64,000 nt of DNA from Trichodelitschia bisporula (taxonomy: Eukaryota): the NCBI GenBank assembly GCA_010356995.1, contig ML996689.1, forward strand, positions 514,691 through 578,690, in the 5' to 3' direction. This document shows positions 24,881-37,670 of the stretch, in pieces. Within the stretch, counting starts at the first letter, position 1, and every line of letters begins with the position of its first letter. The position numbers and the translations under genes are program-made. Below the pieces are notes generated by a model that ran no database searches, was not told the origin of the DNA, and saw only the letters and a program-made list of their open reading frames with translations.

Positions 24881-26317
24881 CGCTAAGATTTGATGCGAGT
24901 GGGATGATTTGGATGGCATATAGTAATGCAGGCACTGGAGCTTATTTATTTGGCGAGCCTACCTTTCGCGTTCCTTTTGTCTAGTACCCCACCGTCCGCT
25001 CCGCTCACTACACTCGAAGGCTCTCAGTCTCCTTCAGCAGAGAACGCCGCGCGAAGTCTCATACGGGCGCTCCCATCATCAACCTCCAAAACCTAGGTTC
25101 AGATCCCCGGCCACGAAATTCAAACGCGCGTACATGCGCTTGTGGTGTAGACCAAGGAGGGTCCGTGAAATGGGGATAAAGCGGAGATGGATGCGGAGAC
25201 GCTCACAAGTTCGACATTTACGTCGACTATGAGCTCGGCCAGTTCATCGAGACCCTTAGCTTCTTCAATCGCCCTCTTCAATTCCAAACCGAAGCCCAAG
25301 TGCACCCAGTGAGAGCAATTCAATATATGCGGCCTGTATGCCAGCATATGCAAAATGAATTTTACGTCCAATACGGCCCTAAAGGTTCCTGCAGATGGCC
25401 CAAGAGCTACTCGAAAAAGTGTCGAGCCGCCCCCCCAGAAAGTTATAGCCGCGCATCAGCGGCCTTCGCTATCGGAGGGGCGCTCTCGACTTTATCGTGC
25501 GGCCCCTTGGCCCACTATCCTAGCGAGCAAACTGCATTACGAGCTCATTGAGAGACTCATCCAAGCCAAAAAACCCCGCGTGGGGGAAAAGACTCATGAG
25601 AAAACCGCTCCCTCCGGATGTTTCCCCGGGGCGCGTTACGTGAAGACGTCGTGTGAGCCAGTACATATGTGGGCTTCGATTGTCAGCGAATCCTGCCCTT
25701 GGTTGACGCACCAACCTTTCACAGCGACGAGGTACTGCGTGCGTAGCGCGTTGCGCGTAGTGTCTTTGAAACCCTCCTTGTCTACTACTAGCTATTCCCG
25801 CGAAAGTATTAGTAGTGCTTGATCACAGAGGCTATCACCCGTATCTTACTTACCGAGCAATTGAGTCAATTGAACCAGCAGGCAATTTGATGGTGCGCGC
25901 CGCAGGTGCCGTACGTCGTGCGCCAAGCTCCAAATGTACGAAGCTTCAGGGAATCATGCGCAGGGAAGTCACTTAAGGGTTAACAGAAAGGTTGTAAGCC
26001 TCATCCCAGTGTTTGTAAACACCGCCATCGGGAGGAGTGGGAGGTACAATGCTTACGACCCCTTTCGGCTAACCCTTGATCCCTTCGTCTGTTTTCATGG
26101 AACGCGGTAAGGGTGCCCGGGTCAATCAAGCGACCAATGGCTGTTTCTATGCAACTGTTGAGAAGCCAGATTCCAAGGAAAAGGAAGGAGGCCAATATCC
26201 CCCGGCCAAGCGTTGGACTGGTGAAGAAAACAGACCCTGTCTTTGCAAGGTCTTATCCCGTTAAATAGTGATCTGGAGCGCATCAATTCCACCGTTCCTC
26301 TCCCTTCCGATCCGGTG

Positions 26318-28146
26318 TCACTTGGGCCTTCTGCGTCTGCGGCGTTCTGGCACCCCAATGTTTCCAGTGACTTTCGAAGTGGTACGGGCATACTCATCAT
26401 CGCTGATGACGTTCACCTTCCAAAAGTGAGTCACCAGATCATGATCCCAAACCTCACGGCTCAGGCGTTCCTCTGCATCATAATGCTGCTCCACGACATA
26501 TTGGGTGCGAGCATGAAGGGCGTCGACGGCACTTCTGTTGTGAGTGGATCCCTCCACGCGTGTCTCGAAGACTTCCCCGCAGTCTTTGAATGGACATAGG
26601 GCGCGACGAGGCAGCGGCGCCTTGCAGAAGTGTGCCAGCGTGTGAGTTTTCAGGACTTCGAGATCTCCGGTGTGGAAGTCGCATTTCAGTGCGCTCCAAT
26701 TGGGGCACTCGTACCGGGCCGTCTGTTCGTCGCCGGGTTCCATAGAATGCCTCGAAATGAGAGAAGGGAGGGAGTGCTGTACTGACCCAGTCGGCCGCGC
26801 AACCGTTGGCATCTAAGCCGAAGATGTTGCGACAGACGCCTGAACCGAAGATATAGTAGATGTTGCGACAGAAGCGCGAACCGATGACGCAGTAGATGCC
26901 GCCGTTCTTGTGCAAGTACCTCGGCCACCTCTCAGTACGCTGAAACCAGCGGGTAGCTCCACTTTTGCGGGTGTAGAGAATTGTAGCCAGACAGACGAAG
27001 GGATCACAAACCTGGGTCCAGGTCATTTGGAGACGAGACAGATTGGGGACTGGACGGACGGGACTGAATGACCTGCTCCGAGTCAGCTGAATGCGCAAGC
27101 CATGTGCCGATGGAAGAATCGAAGTTCGGATAGCTGAGGATTTGGCCGGCAGACTCAAAGGTTCCACTGGCCTGCGGCGTGCCCTGGCGAAAGAGCTTCA
27201 AATCAATTTCTGCTGCCGGGTCTATCAAGAACTCATCGCTGAGAAAGGAGTCGTCCTCATCCTCCTCCAGCTCAATGTTCTGGGCCAAACATTGTCGCCG
27301 GAGCTCCTTGGCCGAGCTCTCGGCGGCCTGAAGCTGATCCTGTAGCTCGGCGAGCTCCTTCAGGTGAGCCATCCTAAACTCTTGATCGGAGGTCCCCAAA
27401 GGCAAGCCTTGCAATTTACGGTCCTCTCTGCGCCCTGTCTCCTCAAGATACGTCATTCGACGGTCGTAGAGGCGCTCCTTGAAGATCTTCAGATCACCGG
27501 CCGATTTGTAGTAGTCACCAACAATCCGTGGCTCTTCCTGGACCAAAGTCTCCGACGGTGGCACTGGAGGTAACTGAATGGAACTTAAACCCAACTCCTG
27601 GTAAGCCTGGGTCACTTCCTCTACTTTGCGTGCAAGCCTAGATTCCAGAACACGAAGGTCACTTCCCTCTTTTGACATCGCCTCATCTGTGCTCTGAAGG
27701 TGTTGACTGATGTCCTTCACCAGGTTTGTAGTTTCCAGTAGGTCCCCGGAGTGGCTACGCAGGTCGCTAGAGCTATTAGTATCCAGCTTCGCTTCAAAAT
27801 CCAGGAGTGCCTTGTGCAGGTGTTTTCGTTGAGACTCGTGCTTGTCTCGTAGTCTCTCGACTTCAATGAGTTTCGGGATAGCCAGGTCAAGCAGCAGCTT
27901 GAGCTCAACGAGACAAGGAAACAAGGGCAAAAGCTGTGTTGCAGCGGGCGTTGTGGTTGTAGCGGACACCGTGGCTGCAGCGGGCACTGTGGCTGCAGCG
28001 GGCACGGTAGATGCTGCGGGCACGGTAGTTGCGGTTGATGGACGACAAGGAAGAATCTCAGCGGGTGCTGTAGTGTTAGTACGGGTATGTGGGTCCGCAG
28101 GACCACTCGCTAAAGGCGACAGGTGAGGCTCGACTTCCGGGGTCAT
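26318..28146 (-). CDS. Hypothetical coiled-coil protein with a downstream Cys/His-rich domain, interrupted by an in-frame TAG at 26813-26815
   Basis: 380-aa ORF with TVPAAA repeats and a coiled coil. A likely intron near 26935-27011 leads into SVATS repeats, the TAG, then YECP..C..H...HF..CPF..C. An upstream ORF (28076-28558) is in another frame. Confidence 0.45.
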
Positions 28147-29154
28147 TTGTGATATCTGACTGACCAGTGGGTTGCATGTGCGGGCCCAGATTGGAGGACG
28201 GGGTGTTGGGCACCACAGGTGGGGTACTAGAGACGGCCTCTACTGAGGAGCGTTGAAGTTGAGCCATTCCATTGTTAGGGGACCGGGTGTCTTGTTTTTG
28301 CTGATTTGGAACATCGCGGGGTCTTCTACGAATCATCGAAGTGCTGTTGTAATCGGAGAGGCAAGGCCGAGCCTTAGATCCTGCTGTCCTTGTAGTTAAA
28401 TCATGTTCAGGAGGAGGTATATTAGACAAACCTGCGATTGCATCCCGGCTATTTAGACGTTCCCAGTCTTCGTTCAATTCACGGTTTGTCGGGCCATGCT
28501 TCCAGCGGCGAAAAACCCACTTCATAAATTTGCGTCCTGCTGTAGGCACGTGCTCCATAACGCAGGTGAGTGGCCTGGAGGTCCCTTGAGGGCATGGCGG
28601 GAAGTGAGGCGAGCGGGAAGTTCGGATTATAAGGGAGAAAAGCCTACCAGGTTCATGGACATTGGAGTATGATTTTGGGGAGACAGCCCCGGGCGTTCAG
28701 CCCTTACAGTCCCAATTTCAGAAAAATAGATGGAGTGGCCGGTTGCGGCTTAAAAAAAACTTCAATGCAAAATTATTACGCACAGAACCTGCCTAGAAAT
28801 AGAGGCGCGCGGCACTTTCGCAAGTTCACTATCCGATCCGAAACAGGGGGGCTTTAAACGAACCATAAACGCTCGACACCACATGCACTTGAGTGCAAGG
28901 CTCCCCCGCATCCCACGATCCTTGCCACGGAATATATGTCCCTCATCGCTAACCATGTTCTCATGGATAGCTGCAAGAAGCATGCAGACACCAAGCTCGT
29001 GATATGAGGTGCAGCTATGGTCCCAAAAGCGGACGTCGTGGTTCGCATCTCAAGCAGTTTGGCAACACCATGAAGAATGCGGCTCTGCTCGCAGCAAAAT
29101 TGATAAATATGGGAAGAAGTCGCTATCTGATAGTTTACCTTTCACAGCGTCCCA

Positions 29155-30220
29155 ATGTCGTGGATTTGGGATCCTGCTCGGCAGGAACAGTACTTCTATT
29201 CCCATGAACAGCAACGCTACATATATCAAAGCGAATACTATCAAATAAGAAATGTGGAGCAGTAAGCACTTGCAGTGGGTTGTCTCGCTTGTACTGACAT
29301 GTTTAGATATGAGACTCCTCAAGACTTTCCACCTGTGAATGCTTCAGTAGCTTTCAATCAGGTACCCCCGGGAGCCAGCAACTATGGAATAGGAGCGTAC
29401 CAAATGGTTCCGTTCAACTCGAACCCGAGCAATGTGTACTATGGGTCATCTGGAAATGTAAGAACTGGTGTTCCCTTACCATATCTGCCCTTTACTGACC
29501 CAACTTAGCTTCTGAGGAGTCACCGCGACCCAATCCATGGAACTCCAGAGCGGGGGCAATACGAGCAATTGGATGATCGTAAGTATACCCGTTCTCATTT
29601 ACCTGTCTCTGACAGAAGGGGGTAGGATATCGGATTCCGCAAAACCAAGCAGATTTCTTCGTTCGAGGACGCGTATTCCGAATGCTTTGGTCAGAACCAC
29701 ACGGCGGTTTCGAATCACGCACGGTGTATACAACCACATCTCGGTACGGTTATACGCCGGACACCCGGTTCGGCGAAGGAATCTACACCAAGATTCGCTG
29801 GTTCGTGGTAATTCGGCCTGGCAGACCCGGTGACAACTTCAGCAACTGCTTGTAAGTTTTGCTCTCATCTTAGTTGCAGGATGCGTTATTGACTCTGTTA
29901 GGCCTATTCAAACGTATGGTGGGCAAGGGGTGGGCAAAGAGGGAGTGACGAAGGGTGATCACAGTATCATTCACACGGGGCGTCCCGCACCACGCCATGC
30001 CCCAAATGAGGAGCCCGCTTACTACGAGACGGGCATGCGTGGACCTATCGAGGTTGTAGCCGATCGCCGCAGTGACAGTCTTGATGTGATGTCTAGACTC
30101 CACTACGCAAGGACCTACACCGTGGAACACAATGTCAAGGTGTGGGGTTTTGGCCGAGTTCATGAAGATTCTCTGGATCTTTTGTGGACCAACTTCACAG
30201 AGGTGCAGTTTCAACGGTGA
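29155..30220 (+). CDS. DUF6590 domain protein (5 exons)
   Basis: Spliced: MSWIWDPARQEQYFY...DFFVRGRVFRMLWSEP...GEGIYTKIRWFVVIR...CLPIQTYGGQGVGKEGV..DHSIIHT...LDVMSRLHYARTYTVEHNVKV..FGRV. Confidence 0.8.
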
Positions 30221-31799
30221 TATGATGGCTGACGATAGCGCCAATATGTCTCACTCTTTTGCTTCCATACTCTATCCCACATTCGGGATGGTTCACGGTC
30301 ATTTTTTGGATGCCGAATATTTCCTTGCTCTCAGACTTTGCGGCCGAACCTCACAAACTCTCCTCATTCCTTGAGAGGGGTTACCTCTTTGATATGAAGC
30401 TACACATCCAATTGCGCCTTCGTTCGTACGACTTGATTGATATACGCACTGGCGGAAACTGACTGATGAATGCCAGCGGGAGCACTTTTCCTTCTTTGTG
30501 GAGCCTGGTTTGATGACTTGACGCGCCAATGAATCATGATACTGGGTTCCCCATTATCAGATCGACTGTTTCTCCAACCTCCCTGATTGTTGCCTTATGC
30601 TCGGTCAATATCCCGACCGCTAACCATAGCAGCCAACCCATCCTCAAACACTCATAGCCAGGATTTCACTGGACAGGGATTACAAGGTATTCCTGCCACA
30701 CTCATTCCACAGACCTGAATCCCTACGATTATGAGGCTAGCCGTACCTCCAGATCATGTTGATAAGGCTGCAAGAACGAATTACCACCAATCGACCTAAC
30801 AATCAGATTCCATTCTCCGTCCAATCCGCGTCGCTCGAAAGTCCCAAACGGGGCATGCAGCTACACCGAGGGACCGGGGAAATTATTGCAAGGGACGTTT
30901 TTGAGGCAACCAATAATAAGGCAGCAGGAATTCCGGGGGCGAGGATTACAGGTGACCGGGGCTTAGCTTCGCACGTCAAGTACCGTACGAAGTAGTACAA
31001 CCGCCATCAAGATCACTGATACGGTCAATTTTCAGCCGGATTTCCAGAGGTGCGGGCGTGGCCGAGAGAACAAATACACCAACGTTAATCACGCTGTACA
31101 GCAACACTGCCCTTCCCCGTCTTCCTCTACGGTAGGCAAGCGCCCTTCAGCGGGCCCAACCGTTTCCGTCCGCAACCTCAAATGCTGGCAACACAGCCCC
31201 ACTTGTTGTGTTCAGTGCACCGCATGAGACACGTACGACTGAAAAAGGGTTTGGGCGCTTGCACAGTGTGTAGAAGTGTTTCGAGCCCCGCCTTGATTTC
31301 TTTTACCTGGAAGGAATGCATTATTTCACGTTGCATCCTTTCTGTGCTCCCCTTAGAAGCGGGGCGACAAGCTTTGCAGCCGAAGGCGCCCATGAGTGGA
31401 TTCTCGAGAGACAGTTCGTTTTGCATCCACCTGTGATGTTGGGCTCAAGATGCAGTTTGGACCCGAAACTGATGAGGCAGAGGGCAACGTGGGCCGATCA
31501 CATAGGGGGGGGCAGGGTCCCTATTGTGCCCGTGAAGCTGTCGGGAGCTTGTCTTCATGGCCGCACACAAACCGGGCATAACCAAATAGCCTCATCATGG
31601 TCGAGTTGACACATTCGTGCCACGGGTGTTGGGATCCAAAAGGGTAGCCCAGTACATGTGCGCTCACCGCTACTGGAGAGAAATGGCTGTCGTCTAAAGC
31701 GCCTGCGTTGCTACTGTGGTACACTGCAAAGAATTCCATTCGATAACCCTATACAGTCATCGATAAATGGCTGATGAGTCGTATCGGCGAACTTTCTCT

Positions 31800-34700
31800 C
31801 TACTTGCCCAGTTTGACCATCACATATGGAATCTCCACGTCTTCCTCCGTCGTGTCCTCCGCCGTCACTTCGAGAATTAGGTTCTGCGCGTGAGCTGGCA
31901 CCGGCTTGCGGCTGACCGTCTCGACCAACTTGCTGAGGCTGTACACCATTAGCATCACGTGACACATATATGTTGACTGACTTACGACAGCGGTAACCGG
32001 TCCTTGACTTTGCTCGGTGGGTAGAAGCTAGCGTACAGCAAGCTGACACCGCTGCTAATCATGCTAATTGTCAAGCCCTTCTCCTCGAAGTGGTTGATGA
32101 GCTCCTGCAGCGTGATGTTTTCAACCTCGAAACGATCCCAGATTTTGTCGATCGTGACTTCGCCATTGTGACCTTTGTACGTGCCTTTCGGGCTAGCGAT
32201 GGGCTCGCTGAAGCCGAAGAACGGCAGCGCCAAGTTGACGAACCCGTTCTTGTACTGCTCAATGTCCGTCTTGCCGTCGACAATCTTGTACAACTCCAGG
32301 TTCACGAGCCCAGTCACAAGGGCCGTGGTCGTCGCGATGGCGGGGATGATTTTACCCGCGATAAACTTGGTTTTATGCTTATCAGCCTGCGCGATCTTGT
32401 AGTTTTCGGCGCGGAGATTCGACGCGGCAGTGATGAAGTCGATATGGTGATTGGTGTCATCGTCCTTCTCGAACTCAACCGGCGTCAGCTTGAAACCAGC
32501 CAGAGACTTAGGCGGCGGGAGCATCTCAACGATCTGATCAAATGCTTGCTCGTCTGTGGAGCTGCCTGCTCCCGCGTTGGGATCGGGTTCCGCATCGCTC
32601 GCCTGGATCTTGACACCAGGGTCCGGCTTGAAGTCCGGAATGATCAAGTTCTCCAGCACCTTGGCGTACGTATCCTTTGCAACGTGGTCCGCCTTGATGT
32701 TGTAATTGAAGGCGTGAAGGCAAGCAGCTGACTCCAGGAAGGCAAAGTGCGTCGGGTTGTTGATGTCGAATTTGAGCGGATCAGGGGCGCGCTTCGGACC
32801 AGACCAGAAATCCTGGCCACTTGAAGTCTTCGCATCCTTGGGAAAGTTGTATAGCAGCTGCTGAATCGCGTTATTGTACTGCTTCTCGAACTGGTAGCGG
32901 GCCCACTCAATGCAGTCCTCAAAGGTAAGAGGCTTCTCAGTGACCAGATAGTCGCGCAAAGTCTCGAGGGTCTGCTTCTCGTTGCCGGAGTTCTTGAGCG
33001 CACTTGCCAAATAATTCGGCTGCGTCAAGTACAGGTTAACGATTTCAGCCGGACCTGCGAAGTAGGTGTGAAAAAGATCCTTCGCCCAGGCAATGGTATG
33101 CTCGATGCGGTTGGGGAAGCTGCGGAGCGTGCACATAGGGAAGGACTGCTCAGGCGGATCTTGTGAGCTCGAGTAGGACTCAGTGATGCTCGGAAGCACG
33201 ACCTGAGTGTTGCCTTTGGTCCCCAGGGTGCCACTGTCCAGAAGGGGCTTCCGGAAAAACACGCACCGACGATCGACATATGTACGGGCTTCAACGTTGT
33301 CCAGCGCATTCGTAACTCCGTGCAGCTTATTCCAGAAGTCCTCGTGGAAGATGTGCTCAGTATCTGGGCCAACGCGGTCACGCAGCGTCGAGATCTTGCC
33401 CCGGAGATCAGGGTTCATGGCCTGGACAGCCTGAGCAGCGCAGTCACTCTTCAACTTGCCAACATCCTTCGGCCTAAACAGGAACTGACGGTTCAGATTG
33501 CTTCGCTCGATCTGGTCCATATCGGTGACATGAATCAGACCCCCTGCTCCTGTCCCCAGGCCCATCATGGCCCAGTTCTTGAGCATCTCGCAGCCGATGG
33601 CGCCGGCACCCACGAGGAACTGCTCAACATTCGCAATCTTTTCTTGGAATTCCTTGCCGAACACCGCAATCTGGCCATCGTAACGGGTCCCTAACGCCTT
33701 GCAGGTCTCTTCTGAGCGAGTGACGGAGTTGGGCAGGGATTCTAGGGAGTCGAAGTACAGCCATTGAACGATGGGATGGAACTTTCCGGACACTGACTTG
33801 AGCACTTCCTGCGCCGCCAGACCACCAAAGAAAGCTGCCATAGGGCTGAGATCACCTTGCGCTTGGTAGCTGAGCTCCTTGATCAGCTTTTCGTCGAGTT
33901 CGACGGGCTCGTCCTGCTTTGCGTTGATGTCCTGGACAGATTTGTAAACCCAGTTGGCATCGGCTTCGTTGTGCGCACGAGGGAAATGGCCGTGTGCGGT
34001 CGCGAAAGCATGCAAGGCTTGAACACCAAGGTGGATCTGGGCTGGGCGGTCAAACTTCGCAAAGTCCGAGATCAGGATCTCAGGCTTCTTGATCTGTTCG
34101 CTGAGGGGGGCAAAATCTATGATCTTGGGCATCTTGACCTGGGTAAACAGTCCACCACGCTTGTAGACGCCGTACTTGGAGGCATCGCCGATGGTGAATG
34201 TGTATGGGCCTTTGACGGTAACCTTCAGGGGCGGCGCGCCGTTGAGAGCTTCCATGCCTTCAACTTCGCTGAAGGTGACGAAATCGCCATCTTCGAGCCC
34301 ATGACGGGTCTCATCGAAAGCAGTTACGACACCTTCCTGGTCGATACCTGCAATGATGCCGCTAGTTGGGTTCTCGCCAGTCGGGTCGCCACAGGTGAAA
34401 TTCTTGCCGAAGTCGGTAAAAATGTGACCAAACAGCCCGTACGTGTCGGCGATAACAATGTAGATACCATTGGCGTGGCAATAATCAGCGATGATCAGCT
34501 GATCTTTTAACGGGGTATCCGTCAACACCACCACCTTGTAGCTCTTCAACTGTTCGAGGTGGGAGGTAAGATCTGGGTACAGGTGCTCTTTGACGGGTGT
34601 GTAGGGGTTGAGCTCTGAAACGCGGGGCACGGTAACGGCGGCGCGAGGTTTGCCGACATCTTCGGGATGGAGGAAGAACTGCGAAGAGAGATCTGCGATG

Positions 34701-34997
34701 GCGGCTGGGCGCGGATCAAACAGCGTAAGAGACTTGACGCCAGCAAGCGCAATGTTCTTCGCAATCTCGACACCCAGTCCCCTCAGACCGACGACCAGGA
34801 CATCGGACTCTCCCATCCGCTTCATGGCCTCATGGCCGAGGACGTAGAGTTGCCGACTGTAGAGGGATTCATCGATCTCGCCGCGCGAGTCTTTGAGCTG
34901 TTCCGCGGCGGCGGCAGGGCTATCGACTTGCATATCCTAAATGATAACATATGAGCGCTGCCCGCTCAGCGGCGGGCTCAAGGCGACTGACCGTCAT
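31800..34997 (-). CDS. UBA1: Ubiquitin-activating enzyme E1
   Basis: [37 protein letters not shown], catalytic [21 protein letters not shown]. 6-nt first coding exon; last exon [12 protein letters not shown]...YVMVKLGK. Confidence 0.97.
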
Positions 34998-36241
34998 TGT
35001 TTTTTTGCTTGAACCATTCAGGCCCTGATATGGCAGCTTTCTTTTGGACCCCAGTTTGCTGTACGCCCACGGAGGTCGCTCGGGGCGCTATTTGTGAGAA
35101 GGCGGAGGGTGAGCTCGTTAGAAGCTAGTGAACGCTGGCGAAAGGCGGGGTGGCGGGGTACTGTGGGAGTGGAAGCCGGTGGGCAAATGGAGGTTCAAGT
35201 AGCAGTACAAGTAAGGTGAATCGATCTGGTAGGTGACAGAAGATATTAGAAGGCAGATTCTCAGTGTGTCAGCCTACGGGAAGAGTGAACGAGGTTACAG
35301 GTTGATGCTGTAATCACGAAGGCAGCAGTTGCAGCTGCATGCTTGGCTTGTCGAGCTGGGGTGGCGCGGGGTGGAGGGGAATGGATTATTGTCGGTCCGG
35401 AGAAAACGCGGGTCATGATGAAACTGCCACGACTGCCCACGCTGCCGTCACAGATAAATCTTGAAAGTAGTAGTCAAAGCATGTAGGTGAATAAATAGTC
35501 TGGAGGAAAAACCTTATATTCGCTGTTGAACCGGCCGCTCTGTCTGTAAGGTGACAACGGAGAACTTTTCGAGGTTCTCATCTGTGAGCAAATGAGTAAG
35601 CCGATGAGTCACATGGGATCTCAGGATTCCAAGTACAAAACTTTGACCCTCCTGTGGTATACTGAGCATGACATCTAATTTCGCCGACTTCTATGCCCGT
35701 CAAGTCCATGTTCATCCCTACGCCTCAGCACTCGCACTGTGCAGGCCAAATCGTGCAGGGAACATGACGGAGTCCAAAGGGTTGCGGATGACATGTGCTC
35801 TTGGGGTCGGCCCAACGTCCGTTGCGAATGTCCCTGGCTGCTCCTGGCAGCGAGCGAATTCCGAGATGAAGGGTGTATGCAGACACACGCCATATACATG
35901 GGAGGCCGGAATATCAAAGCCAGTAGTTCCAGACGGTATGTCTACTTCTGTTCGCCTCAATCGCTTGCCGTGAATTCACAGTGGAAGTGCAGGCAGAACG
36001 CGGAAACGCCGTTGACGCGCTATGCATGCAAATCTCTCGATTAAGCCCGTACACCTTAAGCACTCTGAGCCTCCATTTCCGTGCACGTAAACTCATGCCA
36101 TGCCGAACGCTTCTGTATTTTCGGTTCCAGTTACAACTCTAAGCTGAGGAAGGCGCCGAATCTTCAGAGGAATTCAGAGCCATGGGCCTTAGACAGCTGA
36201 TGTAAGAAACAACCAAGGACTCCGCTTGCCCTTAGACCCAT

Positions 36242-36989
36242 CTAAAACTTCATCTCGTGCGGCTTGTCACCGCTCCTCAACGAGAAAGTGGTGGAGAGGT
36301 AGCTGTCCATGAACTGAACCTTCTTGATGACGGCAAGCAACGGCTTGTCGATCGCCTTCTGGTCCGACACGCGATCGCTGGCGATCTTCTTCTTCTATCT
36401 TTGGTCAGCGGGTCCATGTACCTCTGCGATGATGCATACCTCGGGCTTCTCGCCCTGCTTGAAGAAAGCCTCCTCGCCCTTCTTCTTATCATCCTTGTCC
36501 TTGCCGAAGTAGCCGTCCGCAGACACCTTGTCCAACAGCTTATTGTCCACGCCAGAAACATCCACGTGAGTGCTAGTCGCAATGACATAGCGCGCGTTCA
36601 CCCGCCGGACGGGAACACCGTTGACTTTGTAGGGGCCGGTAACGAGCAGAACGCCCTGGCCGATGTGCTTGAGCAGGACCACGCGCTTACCACGGAAGCG
36701 ACCAGCGAGCAGGATGAGGACGGTGCCGGGGCGAAGAGACTCGCGAATCTTCGTGGGGCGGATAGATTTGCGGACCTGTAATCCAGCGCATTAGCTGTGC
36801 CTCATGGGATTTTGGGGCTGCTGTGCGCCGAGTGTGATATTGGCCGCGACGCGCCAACCGCACACAGCGCACAGTGCCCCGCTGTTCATAGAGATGCCAA
36901 TTGCATACCGTCTTCGGCTGGCTCACTTCCTCCGCAGGGTAGTACTTCTGAGCCTTCGGCTCAGATCCAGACTTGGTGGCCGCCGACAT
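36242..36989 (-). CDS. RPL6: 60S ribosomal protein L6 (eL6), 3 exons
   Basis: [69 protein letters not shown]. Confidence 0.96.
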
Positions 36990-37243
36990 TCTGAAGTGTT
37001 GTTGGGGGGATAGAGGCAGTGGAGCCCGCTGTTCGATGGTGTCAGTCGAAGGGGAGCGCGAGGTGCGGGTTCGTCGGTGCCGGTACCTGTTCGTTGGGGG
37101 TTATCGCGTCCTGTTGGAATGACTTCGCCCGAGAGTTTGAATTTTGGATGTACGGGCTCGCTTGAGAGCGGGAACTGCCGAGCCCACACGCCAAGGCGAA
37201 ACGCCGCTTCTCGGGGAAACAAACGGGCCGAGGATCAGGCGAG

Positions 37244-37259
37244 TAGCCACATGTGGCTA
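37244..37259. promoter_or_regulatory. 16-bp perfect palindrome in the divergent RPL6/RPN13 intergenic region
   Basis: tagccacatgtggcta is its own reverse complement. A regulatory function is inferred only. Confidence 0.4.
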
Positions 37260-37670
37260 GTGAGTGTGGCGGTGCAACAAGGCTCCGAGCTCGGGAAGAG
37301 TTGTGACAGAATCATGACCTCGAAATCCGCTGCAAAGGCTGTCCCTATAGCAGTTCGCCCTCTTGCAGGTACGCAAAGATGACAAACGCCACGGGATCCT
37401 TCTGCCAGAGCAAGAATTTTCTTGTCGACAGTGCTTTACTGCCTTCCCGTTGTTACACATGACTTCCTGTGCTAATACCACTTGAGGCCTGCATGCCTGA
37501 CTGCGGAAAGCCATTGGTGCCTGACGGTGGATCTTGCCTAGACTGGTGAGCTCGATGAACGACGACCTCATTCCAATAAATCATCTTCTACTTCCCGCCA
37601 CCCAGTGTATCTCTCTGCTTCTCAACCGCCGATTACTGTCCACAAAATTTCGACATCGCACATCATCGCC

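Noticed and set aside
24900..26300. Short ORFs between SPC25 and the Cys/His-rich ORF
   Set aside because: No motifs or convincing splice structure.
30230..31790. Small ORFs downstream of UBA1
   Set aside because: No recognisable domain; consistent with intergenic or UTR sequence.
35605..35611. TGAGTCA (AP-1/Gcn4-like) site upstream of UBA1
   Set aside because: A single 7-mer is expected by chance several times in 64 kb.
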